A stretch of 64,000 bases of DNA from Thermoanaerobaculia bacterium (GTDB lineage: Bacteria > Acidobacteriota > Thermoanaerobaculia > Multivoradales > Multivoraceae): the NCBI GenBank assembly GCA_963664405.1, contig OY761158.1, forward strand, positions 6,368,001 to 6,432,000, given 5' to 3'. Positions 20,779 through 29,594 of this stretch are shown piece by piece. Position numbers and translations under genes: made by a program. Position 1 is the first letter of the stretch; each line of letters opens with the position of its first letter. The notes beneath the pieces are model-generated. The model did no database searches. It saw nothing but the letters and a program-made list of their open reading frames with translations, and had not been told where the DNA came from.

Positions 20779-22140
20779 ATGCATCGACCGTGGCGAATAC
20801 GAACGCAGATCCTTCTTCTCCCGGCCAGCCTCTTTCTTGTCGCTGCGAGCGCCTCGTTGGCGGACGACTGGCCGCAGTGGAGAGGCGAGAATCGCGAGGG
20901 CATCTGGCACGAGGACGGCATCCTCGATCGTTTCCCCGCCGGCGGTCCGGAGGTCAAGTGGCGGGTGCCTCTCGGCTCGGGATATTCGGGACCGTCGGTC
21001 GCGGAGGGCAAGATCTTCGTGATGGACTGGACGAAGACGGAAGGCACTAGAACCATGGAGGGAACGGAGCGTCTTCACTGTTTCGACGAGGAGACCGGCA
21101 AGAAGTTGTGGTCCCAGGAGTGGCCGGTTGCCTACGGCTCGTTGATGGTGTCCTACGCTACCGGCCCGCGTGCAACGCCGACGGTCGATGGGGATCTCGT
21201 CTACGCCCTCGGGGCGGTCGGCGATCTGATGGCCGCGAAAGTGACGAACGGTGAAGTGGTGTGGCGGCGTGACTTCGTCGAAGAATATGACGCCAGCGTT
21301 CCGATCTGGGGCACCACCAGCTCGCCGCTGGTTGATGGCGATCTCTTGATCACGGTGGCCGGAGCCGAGAACAACGGCAAAGTGATCGCCTACGACAAGC
21401 GCACTGGCGAAGAGCGTTGGCGGGCGATCTCCTCCGATTGGGAGATGGGCTACGAGCAGCCCGTGATCGTCGAGGCCGGCGGGGTGCGCCAGCTGATCAT
21501 CTGGGAGCCCAAGGCGGTGTTCTCGCTCAATCCGGCCAACGGCGAGGTCTATTGGAGCCAGGAGTGGGACGTTCGCAGCGGCATGTCGGTGGCGACGGCG
21601 GTGACCGACGGCAAACAGCTGCTCTTTACTCAGTTCTACAAGGGCTCGCTGATGATGGAGCTCGACGCCCAAGCACCGAAGGCGGAGCTGGTGTGGATGG
21701 GTGAGGGAAAGAGCGAGATGCCGGACAAGACCCAGGGTCTCCATTCGCTCATCACGACTCCCATTCTCGAGGGAGACACCATCTACGGCGTCGGCAGCTA
21801 TGGCGAGCTTCGCGCCCTCGATGCGAGTACCGGCGAGCGGCTGTGGGAGACCGACAAGATGACGCGCCAAGGCCGTTGGGGAGCCGCATTCATGGTCAAG
21901 AATGGCGATCGGTGGTTCGTCAACAACGACCAGGGCGATCTCATCATCGCCGACTTCAGCCGCGAGGGCTATCACGAAATTGATCGCGTCAAGCTTCTCG
22001 CCCCCGACTCCAACGCCGCGATCGGACCACGCAGGATGTTCGCGGCCGAGGTCAACTGGTCGCATCCCGCCTATGCCAACGGGCATGTCGTTGCTCGTAA
22101 CGACAGCGAGTTGATTCGCGTTAGTCTCGAAGCCAAGTAG
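20779..22140 (+). CDS. PQQ-binding-like beta-propeller protein (BamB-like), copy 1
   Basis: Signal peptide, DWPQWRG, repeated D..TG...W motifs, WSHPAYANG. Confidence 0.88.
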   Translation: MHRPWRIRTQILLLPASLFLVAASASLADDWPQWRGENREGIWHEDGILDRFPAGGPEVKWRVPLGSGYSGPSVAEGKIFVMDWTKTEGTRTMEGTERLHCFDEETGKKLWSQEWPVAYGSLMVSYATGPRATPTVDGDLVYALGAVGDLMAAKVTNGEVVWRRDFVEEYDASVPIWGTTSSPLVDGDLLITVAGAENNGKVIAYDKRTGEERWRAISSDWEMGYEQPVIVEAGGVRQLIIWEPKAVFSLNPANGEVYWSQEWDVRSGMSVATAVTDGKQLLFTQFYKGSLMMELDAQAPKAELVWMGEGKSEMPDKTQGLHSLITTPILEGDTIYGVGSYGELRALDASTGERLWETDKMTRQGRWGAAFMVKNGDRWFVNNDQGDLIIADFSREGYHEIDRVKLLAPDSNAAIGPRRMFAAEVNWSHPAYANGHVVARNDSELIRVSLEAK

Positions 22141-22146
22141 GCGAAC

Positions 22147-23508
22147 ATGCATCGACCGGCGCGGATACGGACCCGGATCATCCTCCTCTTCGCGAGCCTT
22201 GTTTTTTCGGCTGTGAGTGGGCTCTTCGCAGACGATTGGCCACAGTGGAGAGGCAAGAATCGAGAGGGCGTCTGGCATGAGGACGGCATCCTCGATCGTT
22301 TTCCCGCCGGCGGCCCTGAGGTCAAGTGGCGTGTGCCACTCGGCTCGGGGTATTCCGGGCCGTCGGTCGCAGACGGCAGGATCTTCGTGATGGACTGGAC
22401 GAAGACGGAAGGCACCAGAGCGATGGAGGGCACAGAGCGTCTTCACTGCTTCGACGAGGAGACCGGCAAGACGTTGTGGACGCAGGCATGGCCGGCTGCC
22501 TACGGCTCGCTGATGGTGACCTACGCTACGGGCCCGCGCGCCACGCCCACCGTTGATGGGGATCTCGTCTACGCCCTTGGAGCCGTCGGTGATCTGGTCG
22601 CGGCAAAGGCGGAGGACGGCGAGGTGGTCTGGCGGCGGGACTTCGTCGAGGAATATGGAGCCAGCGTACCGATCTGGGGCACGACCGGCTCCCCTCTGGT
22701 CGACGGCGACCTCTTGATCACGGTCGCCGGGGCCGAGAACGACGGCAAAGTGATCGCCTACGACAAGCGCACCGGCGAAGAGCGTTGGCGCGCGATCTCG
22801 TCCGATTGGGAGATGGGCTACGAGCAGCCAGTGATCATCAAGGCCGGCGGCGCGCGCCAGCTCATCATCTGGGAGCCCAAGGCGGTGTTCTCGCTCAATC
22901 CGGTCAACGGTGAGGTCTATTGGAGCCAGGAGTGGGATGTACGCGGCGGCCTGTCGGTTGCCACGGTCGTGACCGATGGTCGGCAGCTCTTGTTCAGCCA
23001 GTTTTACAAGGGCTCGCTGATGATGGAGCTCGACGCCCACGCACCGAAGGCGAAGCTGGTGTGGATGGGTGAGGGGAAGAGCGAGATGCCGGACCAGACT
23101 CGGGGACTGCACTCTCTCATCACCACACCCATCTTGGAGGGAGACGCCATCTACGGAGTCTGCAGCTATGGTGAGCTTCGTGGTCTCGACGCGCGCACCG
23201 GCGAGCGCCTGTGGCAGACCGACCAGATGACGCGCCAGGGCCGCTGGGGGGCCGCCTTCATGGTCAAGAATGGTGATCGGTGGTTCGTCAACAACGACCA
23301 GGGCGAGCTCATCATTGCCGACTTCAGCCGCGAGGGCTATCACGAGATCGATCGCGTCAAGCTTCTTGTGCCGAACTCCGACGCCGCGATCGCGCGGCGT
23401 AGGGAGGATGCCGCCGACGTCAATTGGTCGCACCCCGCCTACGCCAACGGACATATCGTCGCTCGCAACGACAGCGAGCTGATCCGGGTCAGCCTCGAGG
23501 CCGAATAG
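22147..23508 (+). CDS. PQQ-binding-like beta-propeller protein, copy 2 (tandem duplicate)
   Basis: Same 453-aa length; about 87% identical to copy 1 by manual comparison. Confidence 0.88.
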   Translation: MHRPARIRTRIILLFASLVFSAVSGLFADDWPQWRGKNREGVWHEDGILDRFPAGGPEVKWRVPLGSGYSGPSVADGRIFVMDWTKTEGTRAMEGTERLHCFDEETGKTLWTQAWPAAYGSLMVTYATGPRATPTVDGDLVYALGAVGDLVAAKAEDGEVVWRRDFVEEYGASVPIWGTTGSPLVDGDLLITVAGAENDGKVIAYDKRTGEERWRAISSDWEMGYEQPVIIKAGGARQLIIWEPKAVFSLNPVNGEVYWSQEWDVRGGLSVATVVTDGRQLLFSQFYKGSLMMELDAHAPKAKLVWMGEGKSEMPDQTRGLHSLITTPILEGDAIYGVCSYGELRGLDARTGERLWQTDQMTRQGRWGAAFMVKNGDRWFVNNDQGELIIADFSREGYHEIDRVKLLVPNSDAAIARRREDAADVNWSHPAYANGHIVARNDSELIRVSLEAE

Positions 23509-23578
23509 GCGCCGCCCGCCGTATGGCCTCAGAGGGGCAGCCACCAGTTGTAGAATCCGCGTCGAGGAGAAGGAAGCC

Positions 23579-24991
23579 ATGAAGAACCTCGTTTTTGTCA
23601 CGCTGTTGGTCCTACTCTCTGCAGCCGGTCTCGGTGCCGCCGAACCGGCCGGCGACTTTGATCAGTATTGGCCGCATTGGCGGGGTCCTGGCGATGACGG
23701 AGTTGCTCCACATGCCGACCCGCCGGTGACCTGGTCGGAGAGCGAGAACATTCGTTGGAAAGTGCCGATCGAGGGCGAAGGCTCGGCCTCGCCGATCGTC
23801 TGGGGAGATCTCGTTTTCGTCACCTCGGCGGTGGACACCGGCGAGGGGACCGGCGAAGAGGATGGCTCGGCGGAGGTGGCCGCCCCGCAGCCACCGCCGC
23901 GGCCCCCCCGGCCGCCCGGTGCTCGAGGACCTGGTGGCCGCGGTGGAGGTCGTGGCCGCGGTGGCGGGCGTCCGAGCGGGCGCACCTCGAGCAACGATTG
24001 GCGTTTTGTCGTAACGGCCCTGCGCCGCACTGACGGTGAGACAGTATGGCAACGAACCGCCAACACCGAACGCCCTCACGAGGGGATCCATCCGACAGGA
24101 ACCTTCGCCTCCAACTCGGCGGTCACCGACGGCGAGAGCCTGTTCGCCTATTTCGGTTCGCGCGGGATCTACGCCTACGACCTCGAAGGAAACCCGAAAT
24201 GGAAGCGCGATCTCGGCGACATGACCAAACGTCTCGGCTTCGGCGAGGGGAGCTCGCCGGCCGTCGCAGGCAACGCGCTGGTGATCATCTGGGACCACGA
24301 GGGGGAGTCCTTCGTCGTCGCGCTGGACAAGCATACGGGTGACGAGCTTTGGCGCACGCCGCGAGACGAGATGACGTCGTGGACAACTCCGTTGATCGTC
24401 GAGGAGGGCGGGCGAGCCCAGGTCGTCACCAGTGCGACCGGTAAGGTGCGTAGCTATGCCCTCGACAATGGGGAGCTGCTCTGGGAGTCGAAGGGCGTGA
24501 CTCTGAACGCCATTCCCGCGCCGGTCTACGAAGACGGCATCGTCTACCTCATGAGCGGCTTCCGAGGCAGCGCGCTACAGGCGATTCGACTCGCCGACGC
24601 CAAGGGCGATGTCAGCGGTTCCAAAGCGGTTCTGTGGGAGTACGACCAGGACACGCCTTATGTACCCTCTCCGCTTCTCTACAACGGCGATCTCTATTTC
24701 ACCAAGAGCAACAATGCGATCCTGTCGGTCTTCGACGCCGCCAGCGGCAAGCCGCACTACACGACACAGAGGATCGAGGGACTCACCAACCTCTACGCCT
24801 CCCCGGTCGGCGCCGCGGGTCGGGTCTACATCACCGACCGCAAGGGCAATACCACGGTCATCAAGGCCGGTAGCAGCTATGAAGAGTTGGCGCAGAACTC
24901 GCTCGACGACGCCTTCGACGCGTCGGCGGCCGTAGTCGGCGGCGAGATCTATCTCCGCGGTAAGAATCTCTACTGCATCGCTGAGAACTAG
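23579..24991 (+). CDS. PQQ-binding-like beta-propeller protein with a Pro/Gly/Arg-rich loop
   Basis: WPHWRGP, ASPIVWGD.VFVT, PYVPSPL and YASPV motifs. Confidence 0.88.
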   Translation: MKNLVFVTLLVLLSAAGLGAAEPAGDFDQYWPHWRGPGDDGVAPHADPPVTWSESENIRWKVPIEGEGSASPIVWGDLVFVTSAVDTGEGTGEEDGSAEVAAPQPPPRPPRPPGARGPGGRGGGRGRGGGRPSGRTSSNDWRFVVTALRRTDGETVWQRTANTERPHEGIHPTGTFASNSAVTDGESLFAYFGSRGIYAYDLEGNPKWKRDLGDMTKRLGFGEGSSPAVAGNALVIIWDHEGESFVVALDKHTGDELWRTPRDEMTSWTTPLIVEEGGRAQVVTSATGKVRSYALDNGELLWESKGVTLNAIPAPVYEDGIVYLMSGFRGSALQAIRLADAKGDVSGSKAVLWEYDQDTPYVPSPLLYNGDLYFTKSNNAILSVFDAASGKPHYTTQRIEGLTNLYASPVGAAGRVYITDRKGNTTVIKAGSSYEELAQNSLDDAFDASAAVVGGEIYLRGKNLYCIAEN

Positions 24992-25013
24992 CGTGCATCG
25001 CTGAGAACTAGCG
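24974..25013 (+). repeat. Perfect 20-bp tandem duplication spanning a stop codon
   Basis: TGCATCGCTGAGAACTAGCG x2. Confidence 0.9.
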
Positions 25014-25044
25014 CGTTCACGTACTTATTAGAGAGGCTGATGAC

Positions 25045-26235
25045 ATGAGCTCTGTTCTAGCGGGAACTCGCGTTCTCGATTTCGGGCGGTATATCGCCGG
25101 GCCCTATTGCGCCACCCTTCTCGGCGACATGGGGGCGGACGTGGTGCGGGTGGAGAAGCCTGGCACTGGCAGTGAAGATCGCTGGACGACTCCGATCGCC
25201 GAGGGCGGGGAGGGTAGCTTGTTCATGCAGGTCAATCGCAACAAGCGCTGCCTGACCCTGAACCCCAAGAAACCGGAGGGCCGGCGCATCGTCAAGGAGC
25301 TGGTCTCACGCTCTGACGTGGTGGTGGCCAATCTGCCGCCGCAGACTCTGAAGTCGATGGATCTCGACTACGAGTCGTTGAAAGCGACCAAGCCGGACAT
25401 TATTCTTTCCACCGTCTCGGCCTTCGGTCACGGCGGACCCTACAGTCACCGGGTCGGCTTCGACGGTATCGCCCAGGCGATGTCGGGAGCGATGTACATG
25501 TCGGGTGAGGCGGAAGAACCCGCCAGGCTCTACTACCCCTGGGTCGACTTCACCACCGCCATCCTCACTGCCTTCGGCACAATGGCGGCGATCGTCGAGC
25601 GCCAGAAGACGGGCGAAGGCCAGCAGGTCGAAGGCTCTCTTCTCGCCTCGTCGCTCACCGTCGGTAACAGCACCCTGATCGAGCAGGCCGTCATCGAGGC
25701 GAATCGCACTGCCACCGGGAACCGGGGCCAGACCGCGGCGCCGGTCGATTGCTTCCGCACCAAGGACGGCTTTGTCCAAGTGCTCGTGGTCGGTCAACCC
25801 CTCTTCGAGCGCTGGGCGCGTCTCATGGGTGACGAGCGCCAGTGGCTCGACGACGAGCGCTTCAAAGACGACCTCGCCCGCGGAAACAACGGCGTGGTGA
25901 TCTCAGAGCGAATGCAGCGCTGGTGCGACGATCGCACAACGGCGGAGTGTTTAGAGGATCTGGACGAAGCGAGAGTTCCGGTTGGCCCGGTGTACTCGCC
26001 TCAGCAGGCCTTGGACGATCCTCATATCCAGGCGATGAAGTTCATGGAGCCGGTCGACTACCCCGGCTTGCCGCGGCCCGCTCCGATCGCGGGGACACCG
26101 GTGCGCCTGTCGCGGACGCCGGGTGAGATTCGCCACCGCGCCCCCCTGTTGGGGGAGCACACCGACGAGATCCTCGCCGAGCTTGGCTACGATACCGTTG
26201 CGATAGAGGGGCTTCGCGCAGACAACGTGGTGTGA
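25045..26235 (+). CDS. CoA-transferase family III (CaiB/BaiF)
   Basis: AGPYC..LLGDMGADVVRVE, NRNKR, GFD.IAQA and APLLGEHT motifs. Confidence 0.93.
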   Translation: MSSVLAGTRVLDFGRYIAGPYCATLLGDMGADVVRVEKPGTGSEDRWTTPIAEGGEGSLFMQVNRNKRCLTLNPKKPEGRRIVKELVSRSDVVVANLPPQTLKSMDLDYESLKATKPDIILSTVSAFGHGGPYSHRVGFDGIAQAMSGAMYMSGEAEEPARLYYPWVDFTTAILTAFGTMAAIVERQKTGEGQQVEGSLLASSLTVGNSTLIEQAVIEANRTATGNRGQTAAPVDCFRTKDGFVQVLVVGQPLFERWARLMGDERQWLDDERFKDDLARGNNGVVISERMQRWCDDRTTAECLEDLDEARVPVGPVYSPQQALDDPHIQAMKFMEPVDYPGLPRPAPIAGTPVRLSRTPGEIRHRAPLLGEHTDEILAELGYDTVAIEGLRADNVV

Positions 26236-26239
26236 GCGC

Positions 26240-26689
26240 CTACGGGAGCGGAATCAGGTCGTCTCGCTCCGTCAGCTCTCGTAGCCGCTCCTCGCAGCGA
26301 GCGATGACCTGCACCGCGTCGAGGTCGGGGAAGCGCTTGGCGTCTGAAGAGACGTTGCTCCAACGGATGGTGGTCCGGCGCGGCGCGGCACGACCGCCGG
26401 GCTGCGCGACCAGCATACGGATCACCGTCTCGCTGGTGTCGGAGACGTGGAATAGTTCGCCCCGGCTCTCCTCTTCGGCCACGGCGCCCCGGCGCAGCAG
26501 CTCTCCGCCGGCCACATCCAGTGTCGGCAGCCCCTCGCCTTCGAGATCCGCGAGCAGATTCCGCATCTCGTCGGTGGAGAGTTGCAGCTCGTAGTCGCCG
26601 GCCCTCTTCATATAGACGGGGTAGTGAACGCGAGCTCGGCCGTCACCGTAGAGGCGCAAGAGCGGGGTCGGGTCCTGCTCGGCGAGCAT
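26240..26689 (-). CDS. Hypothetical protein, possibly 5'-truncated
   Basis: Coding-like ORF (LLRLYGDGRARVHYPVYMKRAGDY); the frame appears to continue upstream of the ATG toward the motif at 26779. Confidence 0.5.
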   Translation of the reverse strand: MLAEQDPTPLLRLYGDGRARVHYPVYMKRAGDYELQLSTDEMRNLLADLEGEGLPTLDVAGGELLRRGAVAEEESRGELFHVSDTSETVIRMLVAQPGGRAAPRRTTIRWSNVSSDAKRFPDLDAVQVIARCEERLRELTERDDLIPLP

Positions 26690-26778
26690 GTGGTGGATCT
26701 GGGTGTACTCCAGAATGACGTCGGTGGGCAGCGCACGGGCGGGCGGGCGCCGATGACCAGACGAGAAGTGATTGCTCC

Positions 26779-26794
26779 AAGAAGTGCCACCCGA
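26779..26794 (-). repeat. 16-bp motif TCGGGTGGCACTTCTT, copy 1 (reverse orientation)
   Basis: Exact reverse complement of 40286-40301; 14/16 match to the intron-split copy at 28004-28013 + 33262-33267. Confidence 0.75.
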
Positions 26795-27044
26795 GTATCG
26801 AGTGAGGACTTGAATGGCGGGGAGAGCTCGAAGCTGTTGATGCGTCGAGGACCCTGCGCGTCCTCTTCGGCGCTAGGTTTGCTCTGTCTGACCGTGCACC
26901 CGCCGGGAGTCCTCCTCCCCCGAGACTAGACCTCGAGAGCGAAGTGCGCTAGAAGGCACACGAGGGCGCCCGGTTCGGATTCCGAGGAGAGTTGCCGCCG
27001 TTCTCTGAGCCTTTCCGCTCGAGACGACCGGTGAATGTCGAGAA

Positions 27045-27956
27045 TCAGGTGACAACGAAGGGCAAGGCGGGCGGGAAACATCGCTGCGGAAAGCCGACAG
27101 GCCCAAATTCGGGGAGCTTTCCGCAGGCCTCGCGATAGACAGCTACAAAGCGTTCGTAGGCTTCGTGGAATTGACGAGCCCTTCGCCTCGTAGCCGCGTG
27201 AACGAGCGGAGCGGGGGATCTCGCGCTCGTGCTTGGTCTTCCGTGACGATCCTGTTTCATGATGCCTTCTCTCCCAAGAGGTCGTCCGCCACGCCGGCGC
27301 TGCGTCTCTGCAATGTGTCCAACGCGTTCCCGGAACCATTCAAGACGATCCTCGGGCCTCCAGGCCACCATACAGGGCAGCGGGGTCAGCGTGACCACGC
27401 GACGCTCGACAAAGCGCTCGACCGATGTGTCTGCACCCCGTTGATGTGCCTGATACTGAGCTGTCCGATTGACCCATTCGCCTTCGATTTCGCTCCTTTC
27501 ATGGAGAAGGGCGTGAGTACTCTGCGCTCCTGGCCAGTCCTGGGGCTTCGCGACTAGGCCCTCCTTGCAACCCTGTGCGAGGACGTAATCCATACGCGAG
27601 AGTTGCGCAGTCTCTTCCTCCGTCACCACGATCGCCTGGTATCGGCGGCCCCAGAACTTCTCCCGCCACTGGGCGAGTCTTCCTGCCTCTCGAGCTACGT
27701 TGGATTGAACGTAGTTCATGAAGCGAGCCATCTGCTCGGCATCATCGACGGTTATGAGCAGATGGCAGTGGTTTGAAAGGTAGGTGAAGGCGTGGATCTC
27801 GACCTCATAGAGCTCCTGCGCGCGGCTAAGGACTCCTATGATGCGACGCTTGAGACGCCTCGAAGGACGCAGCAGAAAGCGCCCCTGCATCGTGCGACAA
27901 GTGATCTCGACCAGAGATCGCTCGGGAACAAAGCGGATTCGACGGCTCATACCCAT
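27045..27956 (-). mobile_element. Y1/HUH transposase (IS200/REP-associated tyrosine transposase-like)
   Basis: ITCRT..GRFLLRP, HUH motif YLSNHCHLL, FWGRRY and downstream Tyr (MDYVL). Confidence 0.85.
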
Positions 27957-28422
27957 CTAGGGTGCGTGGGCGGCGGGAAAAATGCGCTCTGCGTCAACCT
28001 TTTTCGGGTGGCAGTGCGACACGAAGGAGGAATCTGATGACCTGATCGAAAGACAGAGATAGGAGACCTCTGGGTCTCGAAGGCCGACGGGTGAAAGTCC
28101 CGCCCGGGGAGTTGTCGGTACACCCCGGTAGCCGCCGGAGCAGTCGATGCGGGTGACCGTCCGGCTGAAGCCTCCGGAACAGCTGGAGTAAGTCCAGTGG
28201 GCAAAGGTGCAGGCCGCAACGCGAGTGAACCCTGAGAAGGCCCCGAAAGTTACTTGCTGGAGCCGACCCTCCTGCCATAAGGGGAAGGCCGCCGCTCGAC
28301 GGAGGAGCAACCGACCGTTGAATCCGCCGAATCCAGCCGGGGTAGTGGGGGTGGCATGTACCGAAGGTCTTTGAGGCAACGTGTGAGACCCACGTCGGTG
28401 GCGGGTTGCGACCGCCAACCGG

Positions 28423-28899
28423 TGAGAGTGAGCACGATAATCGATGGGAATGTTGGCCATTCTGAGCACGGTAGGTGAGGGAAGGGTGTTTGGTCCCTCA
28501 AGTAGTGTGCTCAAGACTAGGTCCGTCGGCATCATCCCCGCCGAAGGCGGGCCGTCGGGGCCTGACGCGCAGTCCATACTTGTTCTTTCGCTGATCACGC
28601 TGAACGAGGGCTGACACGCAGCGATGGGATGAACGGCACGCTATCTGATGGGCGATCGAGGCGGTTCGCCGAGCTTCCATCGCGCTTGGGCCCCTGGTTG
28701 CGCCCTCAGATACCTTGAACGGAACACCCATTCCCACCAGACAACGTGATCGGGTTTCCTCGAATCGCCATCAAATACTGTGAACAAGACCGTCTGAGGC
28801 AAGTGGCAGCGAAACGCAGCTTCGGCTAAGTCCTTCAAAAGGCTACGCGACCATCACTTATCGTGATCGGACCGCCATCGATTATCGTGCTCACTCTCA
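28423..28899. mobile_element. 477-bp non-autonomous transposon inside intron 1 domain II
   Basis: Perfect 25-bp TIRs (TGAGAGTGAGCACGATAATCGATGG) and a 5-bp direct repeat ACCGG at 28418 and 28900. Confidence 0.9.
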
Positions 28900-29594
28900 A
28901 CCGGGAAGGCGTAAAAGGTCGTTCTCGGGCCGTTGTGGGAGTCGGAGGGGCTTGTATTGTGCGCCAGGCAGCGCGTTGATCGGGAGGGTTTGAGTCCCTC
29001 CGGCGCTCGGATGAGGGGCGTCGTATCCAAAAGCGGGGGTAATGCCTCGCTGGCCGAAGAGGGAGACAGGTATGGAGAGCTCTAAACGGGCACGAAGGGG
29101 AAACCCGGAAACAGCCAAGGGTGACCTGGAGCCAGCTCTCGTGAGACTTCGGAGGGCAGGGTGTCCACCGCGAGGTGGGATCCGAAGGGCTTGCGGAGAA
29201 GTACCGGGCCGTAGTCGATGGGGGCCACCCCGAAGACGAACCGGTCGGCCAAAGGTGGGACAAGGTCGAGCCTGCAGTATGGAGGCGAAGGCATTTTTCA
29301 TCCACCCACCGCACCAAGGTGTTTGCGGACGGCACGGTACGGAAGATCAGCGTGTGACCCTGGGAGAGCTCGTCGTGTCTGCGGGTGGCACCGCGGTAAC
29401 GGACCCTATAAGCGCAAGCGAAGTGGGAAGGGATGCGCGGCGAGCAGTCGGACGGTCGAGTAGTACTTCAAGCGCGGTGAAAGCCGTGTGACCGCGAGGA
29501 GCGGCAGCTGTGTGAGCTGGGGAAGGCGGCCGGCGAAGACGGTAGGGGAGAGAAGGAAGGCGAGCGAGTAAGGCGGTCGAGGCTGGATAGTTCC

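Noticed and set aside
20737-23601. 954-aa minus-strand ORF
   Set aside because: Antisense shadow of the two duplicated beta-propeller genes; common in high-GC DNA and without recognisable motifs
23880-23980. GC-rich low-complexity stretch as a DNA repeat element
   Set aside because: It encodes an in-frame Pro/Gly/Arg-rich loop of the beta-propeller protein
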